A stretch of 64,000 bases of DNA from Eledone cirrhosa. Taxonomy: Eukaryota. Position numbers and translations under genes: made by a program. The DNA lies in the NCBI GenBank assembly GCA_964016885.1, contig CAXHJY010000746.1, positions 186,001 through 250,000 on the forward strand. Reading direction: 5' to 3'. Positions 1-12,480 of the stretch are shown here, piece after piece (the first letter of the stretch is position 1; each line of letters starts with the position of its first letter). Under the pieces are notes generated by a model that made no database searches, was not told the origin of the DNA, and saw only the letters and a program-made list of their open reading frames with translations.

Positions 1-38
1 TCAGACATCTTTGTTGGGCTCGTCTGTCTTCGTGAAAC
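1..38 (-). CDS. Possible next exon of the divergent gene (VSRRQTSPTKMS..., runs off window)
   Basis: Weak AAG acceptor; open in phase 0, matching the upstream donor. Confidence 0.3.
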
Positions 39-78
39 CTTTGGTAAATGGAATAATTGTCTTATGTTGTTTATTACA

Positions 79-123
<45 letters not shown>

Positions 124-240
124 GTAGAACACTGTAGGGTTATATCCGTGTTAGTAGAGCACTCAGTCCAGGGGATGAGTTTAGTAGAAGTAGTTCCACA
201 AAAGTTAATTCCCTATTTCCGAGAACAATTGTTTCACCTA

Positions 241-275
<35 letters not shown>

Positions 276-277
<2 letters not shown>

Positions 278-449
278 TCGTTTTTCACCATTTTTCCATG
301 CTTGCATGGGTCAGACGGGTTGTCTGAGTCAAGAGGCAAGTCTGGCCAAGATTGGCCACAGTACCTTGCTCTCACGGGGACAGTAAATTTGATTGGGGTT
401 TTTACAGCTGGATGCCCTTCCTAACACCAACCACATTTACAGTTTGTGA

Positions 450-450
<1 letters not shown>
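276..450 (-). mobile_element. RTE-tail-type interspersed repeat (GGATGCCCTTCCTAA...TTTACAG family); other copies near 11965, 36750, 47205, 54850
   Basis: Recurrent CATGCTTGCATGGG and GGATGCCCTTCCTAA blocks with (CAT)n tail. Confidence 0.65.
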
Positions 451-483
<33 letters not shown>

Positions 484-521
484 CTTAGATATATGTTTAT
501 ATATATTTATCTATCGTTATA

Positions 522-688
522 GGCAGTATCGCTAGAGAGTCGGACGCCATGCTTTCCAGCATAGAGTTACGTCCCTTTACGGTCCGAGTTCAAATCCCAC
601 CGAGCTTCACTTTGCCTTTCATCCTTACGGGGTCGATAAAATAATGTACTGGGTAATTGCTGGCCTTGTGCCAAAAGTAGAAACAGTT
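522..688 (+). mobile_element. tRNA-derived SINE with Nin/Deu-like core
   Basis: A-box-like GGCAGTATCG, B-box GAGTTCAAATCC, core TTTCATCCTTACGGGGTCGATAAAAT; about 20 copies in the window. Confidence 0.85.
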
Positions 689-779
689 ATATATACATGT
701 AGGGCATCCACACCCGAGTTATGTCAGGATGGGGTGGGAAACCACAGTTTTAAAAAATGTACTCAATACATCAACACAC

Positions 780-1225
780 TTCACATCTCTTTGAGAGGAC
801 TGAGGACAGATGCCTTTCTCTCCGGACAACAATTGATTCCCTTCTTTAAGTATCACTTTAGAAGGAGAATCAGGGTGGAAAGAGAGGCACTGCACCCCAG
901 TAAATTTACTGAAAGGTGGGTGAATGAAGCGAAAATGGCCCGAGTGATTGGGCCTTCTCTGTTTATAAGCCTGTAGGTTGAGGAAGAGAGCAAAAGGAGG
1001 AAGGGAGCACTTGCACAACACGCTCCTGGAGTTGAGGGTTGTTCTATCGACGGGGTATTAAACAACCCATTTGTGGCGCCTCCCCCCTATTGGGGATTTC
1101 GATTGTTGAAATTCTTTGTTTTTATATTTTTTACACGACTGTATGTAAAATCCCCGGCATGTCTTTGTATTGTCCCCTTTTCTAGTTGCGGCCTTGTGGC
1201 TAATAAAGAAATCTATCTATCTAAT
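780..1225 (+). mobile_element. 3' end of a Tx1/L1-like LINE (FFKYHFRRRIRVERE...FTERWV)
   Basis: ORF2-like C-terminus, stop at 976, then UTR ending AATAAA + (ATCT)n; clade call from recalled similarity. Confidence 0.5.
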
Positions 1226-1557
1226 AAAGAAACTTATCTAACCTCCTTCTTGAAGGAAGTTCAACCACGGAAACATCCCAGTACACTTGACATCAGGAAA
1301 TACCATCAGCCAGTCAGTCTGTCTATCTCCATCTGTCACTATGGGGTCACACCAACTGCCAGAAAGAGCAGCTAAATTTCCCTCCCGCGGGTCACACTGT
1401 CTTCAAAAAGGACAGGGACCTGTGTTTTCGTTACAGAAATCACAAGGACTAAAAAAGGGATGGATGGATGGTCATGCAAGGAACGTCATGATTGTTTGTT
1501 TGTAGGTCTCTCCAGCCAGGACTGACCTAGGGTTAAATATATATATATTATATATAA

Positions 1558-1588
<31 letters not shown>

Positions 1589-1679
1589 ATATATAAATAT
1601 ATATATATATTATAAATATATATATATTATATATTATATATATATATACATACACACACATATACGTATATATATATAC

Positions 1680-1731
<52 letters not shown>

Positions 1732-1850
1732 GCATACAATATATGTTATTGTCGTTTGTATATACACATGATTCTACGAGACATTGTTGTGTATATACAT
1801 ACATTCATACACACATATATATGCATACATACACGTATATACATATATAT

Positions 1851-1881
<31 letters not shown>

Positions 1882-2172
1882 CACATACATACATATATAT
1901 ATATATACACATACATACACGTATATACATATACACACACATATATATATATATATATACACATACATACACGTATATAATATATATACACACACGTATA
2001 TACATACATATATATATACACACACACACACGTATATACATACATATATATGTATACACACACGTATATACATATATATACACACATATATATATATATA
2101 TATATACACACAAAGAAAAGATGTTGATGTTGCCGATGTAGAACCGGGCAAAACAATTATAAACTAAAGACA

Positions 2173-2229
<57 letters not shown>

Positions 2230-2296
2230 CTCTACATATATATACAGTTAAAAAGATGTGTATAATAGCGAGCACCGACCGTTTTCGGTTGCTGTA

Positions 2297-2339
<43 letters not shown>

Positions 2340-2353
<14 letters not shown>

Positions 2354-2975
2354 CCCGCCTTCTCTCTCTTTATATACAATATACACACACATCTCTATAT
2401 ATACACAGTATAGTCTACTAACATATATATACACCTCTCTCTCTCTATATATATATATACACATATATATACTCACACGTGAAGCAGGTTCTACTGTCTT
2501 AAAACATATACACACCTCTGTCTCTCTCGCTATATATATATATATATATATACATACATACATACACAGACAGTATAGTCTAGTAGCATATATACACATC
2601 TCTATATACATACTAATATATACTCATGCGTGAAGCAGGTTTGTCTGACTTAAGACATATATATATATATACGCAACTCTATACACAGACCTCTCTTTCT
2701 CGCTATATATATACACACACACACAGTATACTCTACTAATATATACACACACATATATATATATATGTGTATACACACCTCTATATACACGCTAATATAT
2801 ACTCACATGTGAAGCAGGTTTGTCTGTCTTAAGACATATATATATACACACCTCTCTCTCGCTATATATATATATATATATACACACGCACGCACTGTAC
2901 TCTACTAATATATATATATATACACACCTCTATATATACACACTAATATATACTCACATGTGAAGCAGGTTTGTC
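2340..2975. repeat. About 150-180 bp degenerate tandem repeat (4 copies) containing the exon donor
   Basis: TACTCA(C/T)..GTGAAGCAGGTT at 2470, 2621, 2800 and 2951. Confidence 0.8.
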
Positions 2976-3011
2976 AGAGTTAACAGAAGGAAGACAGCTG
3001 TTGTTGTTCAT
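2958..3011 (-). CDS. First coding segment of an unidentified divergent gene, MNNNSCLPSVNSDKPASH (exon about 2958-3104)
   Basis: Unique-sequence island; AAGATGA start; CAT|GTGAGTA donor; CCACAG acceptor at 3105-3106. Confidence 0.5.
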
Positions 3012-3083
3012 CTTCCAAAGATTTTAAATGATTTTCTTCTCGCGACAGAAAAATCCGCGAAAATGATTGAAACGTGAAACACC

Positions 3084-3465
3084 CGGGACTGGGTTTCTTT
3101 GAGACTGTGGGTGGTGTATATAGACTGGTGTAGTGGGTGTATATAGTGGTGTAGTGGGTGTATAGTGTAGTACCAGGGACTGGGTTTCTTGGAGACTGTG
3201 GATGGTGTATATAGACTTGTGTAGTGGGTGTATATAGTGGTGTAGTGGGTGTATAGTGTAGTGGAGTATCAGGGACTGGGTTTCTAGGAGTCTGTGGGTG
3301 GTGTATATAGACTGGTGTAGTGGGTGTATATAGTGGTGTAGTGGGTGTATAGTACCAGGGACTGGGTTTCTTGGAGACTGTGGGTGGTGTATATAGACTG
3401 GTGTAGTGGGTGTATATAGTGGTGTATAGTGTAGTACCAGGGACTGGGTTTCTGGGGGAGATTGT
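3084..3465. repeat. About 90 bp tandem repeat (4-5 copies) containing the exon acceptor
   Basis: GGGACTGGGTTTCT..GAGACTGTGGGTGGTGTATATAGACTGG repeated. Confidence 0.85.
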
Positions 3466-3619
3466 GGAGAGGTGGAAGTATATAGTAGTGGAGTGAGTGT
3501 ATAGTGTGGTGTGGTATATAGTGTGATGAGTGTATGTGTATATATTTATATATGTATATATATATGTGTGGGTATGTATATATAGATGTATGGTTCTGGT
3601 GGATGTAGAGTGGTGGGTG

Positions 3620-3650
<31 letters not shown>

Positions 3651-4176
3651 ATAGAGAGAGATGGTTATGTATATAATGTGTGCATATAGATGGATGTGTA
3701 TATAGATAGGTGAGTGTCTATGTGTATGTATATATATATATATATTTATTATATATATATGTATGTTTGTGTGTATATGTATGTGTGTATATGTATAAGT
3801 ATAGATATATAGATATATATATATATGTGTGTATAAGCACAGACTGCCTTTCTTCTTAGACTGGGTCTGGTATGTGTATATATGTTTGTATATATATATA
3901 TATATTGATATATGCATGTGTGTACAGGCGTTTCCTGTCACTGATGAATATATATATATATATATATATATACACACTATTTCCTGCTTCTTATCTCAAT
4001 TAATTTATTAGATTAAAAAATGTTTTAGGAAATATTTATTAATATATATAGACACACATACATATACATATATACACACACACACACATATATATATATA
4101 GACATACATACACGCATATATATTTGGGTGTGTGTGTGTATATATATATATGTGTATATATCTATATCTATATCTA

Positions 4177-4243
<67 letters not shown>

Positions 4244-4639
4244 CTCTATATCTATACTATACAGGGTGTCCCAAAAAATGAATACACACTTCAAAAGCAT
4301 TCTAACACATTTCGTCACACATTTTCTGACCTCCTCAGTGACTACACCATCTTGATGGTGTAGGACACAACAAAGGGAACACAAAATAAAAACATAGTCA
4401 CTGAGGAGGTCACAGAATGTGTGACGAAAGAGCTTTGAACCAACCAACCAACCGGTAACTTTCAATAAATTGACGTGAAAACCAACGGTAGTGTGTTTTT
4501 TTTTATTGGCAGCATGGCCCTTCCAAAGTATAACAATATCTGTTCCAACACACGTTTTCAGATAAAGAATCTTGCAAAACACATTCATAAACGAATATAT
4601 ATGGTTTCTGTAGGAATGGTAAAGGAAAAGAGGTTTTTA

Positions 4640-4685
<46 letters not shown>

Positions 4686-4896
4686 AATACAATGATGTTA
4701 AATAAATGTAAACTATATTCAAAAAACCATATTTATTCTATTATATATATTTGAAGGGTACCAAAACTTTGGTACGCGCTCATCAGATAAAATACAAAGT
4801 TTGATATTATACTCCAGAAAATACACGTCGAGTGCTTCGAACCAGTTATAAACATATATATTCGTTGAATTACCAACAAATTAAACATCCCTTTTG

Positions 4897-4935
<39 letters not shown>

Positions 4936-5297
4936 CAAAGAAAGTGTGGTAAAGTACCACATCGACCATAACGCACCAGAGTACTGGATACTTAGGGTAG
5001 TAGAGTGGGTAATATGCAGCAGGTCCCCCAAAAATGTATACCTATTTTGATTAGAATGCTGTTGAAGTGTGTATACATTTATAGATAGAGATATATATGT
5101 ACAAAGTGTTATATATATATAGAAACAAGTATGACCCCATACTTGTTCCTATTACCCACTCTACTACCCTAAGTATTGAGTACTTTGGTGCGTTAGGGTC
5201 CACCTGGTTCCTTACCACATTTCCTTCGTTATATATATATGTGGGTATCTATTTATCTATGTCAAAAGCTGGAGAAAGTTAGTGTTGAGTTCCTCAC

Positions 5298-5410
5298 GGG
5301 AAGAAGTTTAACACGTGTTTTATGAGAGGAAACCCGACCGGGTGACAGATGCTTGTCAGGGGTAAACTTCCGGGACATAACCGGACATCCGGTCTACGAT
5401 GTAAACACAC
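5298..5410 (-). other. Possible non-coding first exon of the divergent gene
   Basis: CpG-containing island with CCC|GTGAGG donor on the - strand and ETS-like CTTCCGG/ATCCGG motifs. Confidence 0.4.
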
Positions 5411-6039
5411 TGGGTGGTCTTCTTGTTGTTATGGCGACAGTGGTGGTGGTGATGATGGCGGTGGCGGTGTTACTACTACTAATGGTGGAGGTGGAGGTAT
5501 TGATGTGCAGAATCGGTAGAGCGCCGGAGTTTTTAAATGTACAGACTTAATTAATTTAAAATATTTTAGTAAACCAATTATGTATTATTTAATAATTAAT
5601 TAATTAATCAATGGTTTTATAATTATTATTATGTTTGCTTTAAAAGTAAAAAACATATGTTCATCTTTTTTTAATATTTACAATATTAGACATTTTATGA
5701 AAAATGAATGTAAATAATTACGAAAGAAACCCCTAAAAATAATAATACGGGGAAAATGTATGAAAAATAATAAAAATATTATAAAATCCCTGGGTTTGAG
5801 GGTACAAAAATAAAGTATGGCCGAATTGGTAGAGAGTTTGGTTAAATATAACGGCTTTTATATTTATTCCGGGTTCAATTCCTGCTAACGTATGTTTTTT
5901 CATCAAAGAGTTAACTCCCTTTGTTTATAGTGTGTTTCTTTATTTACTCCCGAGATGGCGCCATGGAACATGGAAGTCGGAGGAAAGAGACGGAGAGAAA
6001 CAAAGGCAATGAGCTTTTACAGATTTGTTTCCCTTTGAT

Positions 6040-7070
6040 TGACTCACTCTTCTTAGTCTCTCTTCTTTTCTTATTCTCTCCCTCCGTTAGTCTTTTTACT
6101 CTGTCTTCCTCACTTACACTCCTACTTCTTCAGTTTTCTTACTTTATCTTCCTCTCCTGTTGTTCTTCTTACTCTGTCTTCCTCACTTCTTTGTCTCTCC
6201 CTTAATCTTCTTACTTTGTCTTCCTCTCTTACACTCCTACTTCCTCGGTCTTCTTACTTTATCTTCCTCTCCTGTTGTTCTTCTTACTGTCTTCCTCACT
6301 TATTCCTCCTCCCTTAGTCTTTTTACCGTATCTACCCCTCTCACTTCACCTCCTTCATTTTTATTACTCTATCTTCCTCTTTTACATATTCCTCCTTCAA
6401 TATTTTTACTCTTCTGTCTTCCTTTCTCACTTCCCCCTCTCTGTCTTTTTACTCTTTTTCTCTCACTTCTCTTTCTCTCTGTCTTATTCTCCCCCTTCCT
6501 TATATTTCTTACCCTGTTTCCATTCCTTTCTTTCTCCCTCTCTCAATATGTTTACCCTTTCTTCCTGTCTTAATTTTTCCCCCTCAGTCTTTTTACTCTA
6601 TCGTTTTCTCACTCTCAATACTTTCAACCTTTCTTCCTTTGTTACAATTTCCCTATCTCACACTTTGTCTCCTCCTCTCTTATTACTCTTACCCTTTCTT
6701 CTTTTTTTACAATTTCCCTCCCTTAATCTTTTTACTCTATCGTTTTGTCACTCTCTTTATATTTTTAATCTTTCTTCCTTTGTTACAATTTCCCTCTGTC
6801 TTTTTACTCTATCTCTCATACTTTCTCTCTTACTACTCTTACTCTTTCTTCCTTTCTTAAGATTTTCCCTCCCTCAGTCTTTCTACTCTGTCTTTTCCTC
6901 TTACTTATCCTCTCTCAATCTTTTCACTCTATCGTTTACTCGCTCTCTTCTCCCTCTCTCAGTATTTCTAATCTTTCTTCCTTTGTAACAATTTCCCTCC
7001 CTTAGCCTTCATACTCTGTCTCTCACACACTCTCTTTTCCTCTCTAATCACTCTTACCCTTTCTCTCTCT
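6040..7070 (+). repeat. About 1 kb degenerate polypyrimidine tract
   Basis: Almost purine-free CT-rich sequence with a recurring TTTTACTCT unit. Confidence 0.85.
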
Positions 7071-7135
7071 CATAGGTGGCGCTGCCGCCGGATCAATAAA
7101 AACTAAAAACAAAAACATTTCAATCGAGAGGGAAA

Positions 7136-7192
7136 ATGGCGGAGGGAGTCGATATCGATCTCTACGACAATTTAGAGGAGGATTTCAACCAG
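7136..7192 (+). CDS. CPSF6: CPSF6 (CFIm68) coding exon 1, MAEGVDIDLYDNLEEDFNQ
   Basis: ATG in AAAATGGCGG context; peptide resembles the CPSF6 N-terminus (MADGVDHIDIY..EEFNQ); donor CAG|GTAAGA, phase 0. Confidence 0.95.
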
Positions 7193-8481
7193 GTAAGACC
7201 TTCCGTTCGATGGGGTGGCCACTATGAAGTGTTTATCTAACGTTTGTTGTGTTTATTTGTGTGAAAATGTAGAGAAATTGTGAAATAAAGGCCATCAATG
7301 ATGGCGACTGCCGGCCTTGCCGCCATCTTGCCTTCTTAATCGCACACTTGCTTCTCTCGGGTAATTAATTATATTTATATACTTTGCTGTATATATATAT
7401 ATAAATATATATCTGTTGGTGTGTAGAGTGTAGTGTATATATAAATGTATATACACTTGCTTCTGTGAGATAATTAATTATATTTATATACACAGTTGTG
7501 TATATATATATATTTATTGATGTGTGTAGAGTGTGGTGTGTATATATTTATATATATATATATATATATATAGTATTTACATACACATATATATATGTAT
7601 TGGTGTGTAGATTGTGATGTTTATAATATAGTATAGTATATTATAAACTTGCTTCTCTGGAGTAGTTAATTATATTTATATACGTTGGTATGTGTGTGTG
7701 TATATATATATATATATAGATCGGTGTGTATAGTGTAGTGTGTATATATATATATATATAGATCGGTGTGTATAGTGTAGTGTGTGTGTGTATATATATA
7801 TATACATGCTTTTTGGAGATGATTAATTATATACGCATATTTATATATGTTGGTGTGTGTGTATAGTGCAGCGTATATATATACACTTCCTTGCGTGGGG
7901 TAATTATATTTACATAGTATCTATGTTTATATTGGTGTGTATATTGATTAGTCCGTAATATATATATATATTTATATATTTATATATAGAATTGCTTCTG
8001 TGGAGATAATTAAATATATTTACTATAATTTTTAGATATATATTATACTTTATGTCTATATATATACATATATATATGTGTAGAGTGTAGTGTATATTAT
8101 TAGTATTGTGTGTATATATATATGTTGGTGTGTGTGTATATATATATATATATAGAGAGAGATTGGAGTGTATATATACACTTGTTTCTTTGGGATAATT
8201 GATTATATACACATATATATATCTTTGTGTGTATATAATATATAGTTGTGTGTGTATTTATATATATATATATATATACACACACACATATGTTGGCATG
8301 GGTTGGATGAGTTGGTGTATCTCATGGCACCAGTACTACCATTTTACAGAGTGTACTGGGTGTATATCTCTAGGGAATCTCTCATTATAGTTGCTAGCAA
8401 TATATTTCATAAGACCCCCTCCCCTCCAAGTCCCTCTTTAAAGGATCTAAATTCTAGCTCCCTTTTTTTTTTTAACCCCAG

Positions 8482-8556
8482 GACGCTGACTACAACCATG
8501 ATAGTGACCTTTATGATGATGTCATCACAGCACCCGCCTCCCAAGACGACCTGGAC
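8482..8556 (+). CDS. CPSF6: CPSF6 exon 2, DADYNHDSDLYDDVITAPASQDDLD
   Basis: Poly-T...CAG acceptor, conserved DLYDDVI motif, GAC|GTAAGT donor, 75 nt, phase 0-0. Confidence 0.93.
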
Positions 8557-8574
8557 GTAAGTAGATACTGCTTT

Positions 8575-9093
8575 GCATCATTTAGTTACGTCCCTTTGTG
8601 TTTCTGAGTTCAAAACCCTGGCGATGGTTAGCTTTGCCCTTCATATCCTTACTGGGGTCGATAAAATAACGTACCAATAATGCGCTGGGGTTGATTTTTG
8701 AAGTGGAATGTCGATTAAGTCGACTCCAGTGGATTACTGGTACTTTATAAGGATATGAAATGCAAAGCTAACCATACCGGGATTTGAACTCAGAACCTTT
8801 AGTTACATCCCTTTACCTTCTGGGTTCAAATCCTGCCGAGGTTAGCTTTGCCTTTCATATCCTTACGGTGGGAGGTCAATAAAATATAGTACCTGTAATG
8901 CACTGGGGTTCATTTAATTGACTCCCCTCCATAAAATTGTTGGCCTTGTGCCTAAATCAGAACCCATTGCATCTGTAGATTTCTTCCAGAGATAGGAAGA
9001 ATCGACCCCAGTATTTCACTGGTACTTTTATTTTTATTATCGACCTCGAAAGTATGAAAGGCAAAGTTGACCTCGGCAGGATTTGAACTCAGA
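8575..9093. mobile_element. Four Nin-type SINE fragments arranged +/-/+/-
   Basis: B-box and core in forward orientation at 8575-8697 and 8800-8966, reverse-complemented at 8710-8796 and 9001-9093. Confidence 0.8.
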
Positions 9094-9561
9094 GAGCAGG
9101 AATGAAAACCCCGGGGCATTTTATCTGACCATGTATATAAACTTGTATAGACATGTATACATGGCCTTCCCTCTCAATTTCTGATTCCCTATTAAATATA
9201 TTTTTTGTGTATGTGGCTTTTGTTGTGGGAGCTCTAGTTGCCTTTGTTGTAGTACTTAGTAGGTTGTAGTTGGTGCTGGTGTAGTTGGTGGTTGTGTTGC
9301 TGTTGTAGTTGGTGCTTGTATTGTTGCTTTTGCAGTTTAGGCTGTAGTTGTTGCTGGTGGTATTGTTGCTTTTGTTGTTGTTGCTGGTGTTAGTGTTGTC
9401 ACTTTGCCCTTCTCTTCCTCCCTCCCTCTGCACCATCTCATCCCTCTTTTCTATCTCTCTTCTCACCCCTTTTTCACACTCTCCTTCCCTCTGCTTCTCT
9501 CAACCTCTGTTGTTCTAGCCTGTCTCTCTCTTATACTCTCTCTCTCTCCACCTCCCCACAG

Positions 9562-9648
9562 CTCTATTCCCATGGAGTCGACCCAGAAGCTACACGAGAT
9601 ACGAGAGATCATGAGCGAGCTTCAACCGTCTACTTCGCCAGAAATAGA
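9562..9648 (+). CDS. CPSF6: CPSF6 exon 3 (possibly cassette), LYSHGVDPEATRDTRDHERASTVYFARNR
   Basis: Long pyrimidine tract + CAG, open in frame, AGA|GTAAGT donor, 87 nt, phase 0-0; no recognisable conserved motif. Confidence 0.75.
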
Positions 9649-10708
9649 GTAAGTAGCAGACACCCTCACACCTGCACATTCTACTGGATATATACACGTG
9701 TATGTATGTATATATATATATATATGCACAGATATATAAATGCTAGCATGGAAGAACAGACGTAAAAACGATGATGATATACATGCACACACATCTCCCC
9801 TATGGGAGATTTACCTCTTTTTAAATTGACTGAAGTTTTTATGGTTTTCATTCATTTTATTTTGAAAGTAATATATGTAGGGATGTTTTTGTTTTTATAA
9901 GGGTTTAATTTCATATATTGGTACCTTACTGTGATGAAGAAAACCCAGAAATTCTTAATTGTCCCTCTCTATTGATAAATATACACTCTTTAAAATAGGT
10001 GGTTTTGTGTCATAGATTGTCATGTCAACTTCACCGTATCTTTTGCCAGTCATTGTTTTTTCTCCACTGCCCTGGTGTCCACTCTGTCACTCTAGTAGTT
10101 TACCTGTTATCTCTGACACAAGATTCTTGGCCAGCCTTTCTATATTTGACTTTCTTAATGGTCTCAATTACAGATAAATATAAACACTTTAAAATAAAGT
10201 TTTGTATCAGCGAACCAGGAGTGGTTTGGAACATAACTTAAAGGTTTTTAGATAAATATAATCACTTTAAAATAAAGTTTTGTATCGGAGAACCAGGAGT
10301 GGTTTTGTATGAAAAGAGTTAAATATACACTCTTTAAAATAGGTAGTTTTGTGTCATAAGGTCATTGCACCATCTTCATCTTGTTTCTGACCAGCCTCTG
10401 GTTCTTCTCCACTGCCCTGGTGTCCACTCTGTCGCTCCAATAGTCACCTGTTGTCTCTTGAGACAAGAAATGTGGCCAGCAGCCCTCCTATGTTTTCCCT
10501 TCCTGAAGGTCTCAATTATAGATAAATATAATCAGTTTTGTGTCATAGAACCAGGGAAGCAGGCATTCAGAGTATTGTAGATGCCTGATGGAAGGGAATA
10601 TAAAATCTATCTATGTTGTCTCTATTCCAGCAGGGTGACCCCTGACATGTCAAACACTAGTATCCTGGTCCCTAGTAATATAAAACCTCTGTCTCCTCTT
10701 TATTTCAG

Positions 10709-10813
10709 CATGGAGAACTCCGCCATGAATCCAAGTCAACCTCTTCAGCCCCTATTATGCCTGCTAACTACACTGGCAAAAGAATCAGTTTGTATGTAGG
10801 CAACCTCACTTGG
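10709..10813 (+). CDS. CPSF6: CPSF6 exon 4, start of RRM (YTGKRISLYVGNLTW)
   Basis: TTTCAG acceptor; RNP2 motif matches CPSF6 YTGKRIALYIGNLTW; TGG|GTAAGT donor. Confidence 0.96.
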
Positions 10814-11208
10814 GTAAGTTATTTAAAGTTATATAAGAATCTAACCCATTTTTTACCTACCCCTTTTTATATTATAACTTCCCATGTATTCTTCTCACCA
10901 ACCCTTTTATAGCTTCATATATACCCCTACATATCTCCTATAGTTTCCTATCAACCCTTACATCTATATTTTCACATCTAACCCAACATCTCTCCTATAG
11001 CTTACATTTATAGTTTCATATCTACCCCTATATATCTCCTATAGCCTCATATTTACCCCCTACACCTCTCCTTTAGCTTCAAATGTACCCTTCTCACCTC
11101 TCCTATAGCTTCATATCTACCCCTATATATATCTCCTATAGTTTCATATCTATATTAACTGTTCTGATCCCTAATTCTAAATAAACCCCTAATATTTCTA
11201 TATTACAG

Positions 11209-11312
11209 TGGACCACAGATCAAGACCTTACTGACATAATTGCAGCCATTGGGGTCCTGGATTTGTTGGAGATTAAATTCTACGAAAACAGAGCAAATGG
11301 CCAATCAAAGGG
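11209..11312 (+). CDS. CPSF6: CPSF6 exon 5, RRM (WTTDQDL...[15 protein letters not shown])
   Basis: Diagnostic CFIm68 [10 protein letters not shown] motif; AG/GT boundaries; ends in phase 2. Confidence 0.97.
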
Positions 11313-11364
11313 GTAAGGTTGTTGTTACTGTTGTTGCCCCCCCCCCCCCTCTCTGTCAATCAAA

Positions 11365-11742
11365 TACAGAGTGTACAAGGTGTATTTTGTCATGATTACT
11401 GGCCCTGTCTATATTTAAGGGTCAGCTTGTGAGAGGAAGGTTGCTATGAAAAGGTTTTACCATGACACCAACACTACCACATTACAGAGTGTACTGGGTG
11501 TATTTTGTCATGATTACTGGCCCTGTCTATATTTAAGGGTCAGCTTGTGAGAGGAAGGTTGCTATGAAAAGGTTTTACCATGACACCAACACTACCACAT
11601 TACAGAGTGTGCTGGGTGTATTTTGTCATGATTACTGGCCCTGTCTATATTTAAGGGTCAGCTTGTGAGAGGAAGGTTGCTATGAAAAGGTTTTGCCATG
11701 ACACCAACACTACCACATTACAGAGTGTACTGGGTGTATTTT
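11365..11742. repeat. About 119-bp tandem repeat x3 in CPSF6 intron 5
   Basis: Near-identical units TACAGAGTGTACTGGGTG...CACTACCACAT. Confidence 0.9.
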
Positions 11743-11776
11743 ATGTTTGCTCATCTCAATCTTTTCTCTCTTCCAG

Positions 11777-11946
11777 TTTCGCTGTTGTCGCGGTCGGCTC
11801 TGAAGCTTCGTCTCGGATCATCTTCGATAAGTTGCCGAAGAAAGACATCCACGGGCAGACCCCGATTGTAACCCACTGCAATCGGCAGTCCCTTAACCAG
11901 TTTGAAGCTCAAGCAAGGAAGGGAGAACCCCCACCACCTACAGGAG
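11777..11946 (+). CDS. CPSF6: CPSF6 exon 6, RRM C-terminal half (FAVVAVGSEASSRIIFDKLPKKDIHGQTPIVTHCNRQSLNQFEAQARK)
   Basis: Resembles CPSF6 GSEASSKKLMDLLPKRELHGQNPVVTPCNKQFLSQFE; phase 2 to 1. Confidence 0.96.
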
Positions 11947-12303
11947 GTAAGTCTGTTTTCATCATCATCATCACCGTTTAAAGTCCATTATTCCACGCTA
12001 GCATGGGTTAGACGGGTTGTCCTGTTGTGAGACAAGACAAATCAGGTGACCGTGTCTTTCTCATACAGGGCTGATTTCTGGCTCGGTTTAATACCTGGAT
12101 GCCCTTCCTAATGTCAACCATGTTTACAGAGTGGACTGGGTGCTTTTTGTCCTGACACTTAAACAACCACTTTACAGTGTGGGCCAGATGTTTTTTATCG
12201 TGTAGATTGGGTGCTTTTTGTATATATATATGTGTATACGTATATATATGTATGTTTGTGTGTGTGTATATATATATATATATATTGTCCCCTCTAATTG
12301 CAG

Positions 12304-12480
12304 CTAAAGAGCCGAACAGTAAACCTACTGAAAGAGGACCCAGTGGAAGTGGGAGTGGAAATAGAAGGGAGTCAAGTCGGTACATCTCTCGTAACTCCCG
12401 TACCAACCAGTCTTCCCCACAACAAGGACCTTCTGGTCCCCCGGGGCCTCCTCCTTCAGGCCCTCCTCCACCATACAACG
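12304..12480 (+). CDS. CPSF6: CPSF6 exon 7, linker and start of Pro-rich region
   Basis: CTAATTGCAG acceptor, open in expected frame, ACG|GTAAGA donor, 177 nt, phase 1-1. Confidence 0.9.

Larger units (their letters stand above)
5290..7335. promoter_or_regulatory. Bidirectional promoter region between the divergent gene and CPSF6
   Basis: CpG islets, ETS-like motifs near 5370-5395, YY1-like ATGGCG/CGCCATCTT motifs near 5953, 7133, 7300 and 7320, AGGTGGCGCT at 7074. Confidence 0.55.

Noticed and set aside
129-240. Extra exon of the divergent - strand gene
   Set aside because: AG follows (TA)n without a pyrimidine tract, the longest frame ends in TAA, and there is no good donor
1548-2275. YI/HT/VC-rich ORFs here and throughout the window
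   Set aside because: (TA)n, (CA)n and (TG)n microsatellites
6160-6988. Hydrophobic membrane-protein-like ORFs
   Set aside because: By-product of the polypyrimidine tract
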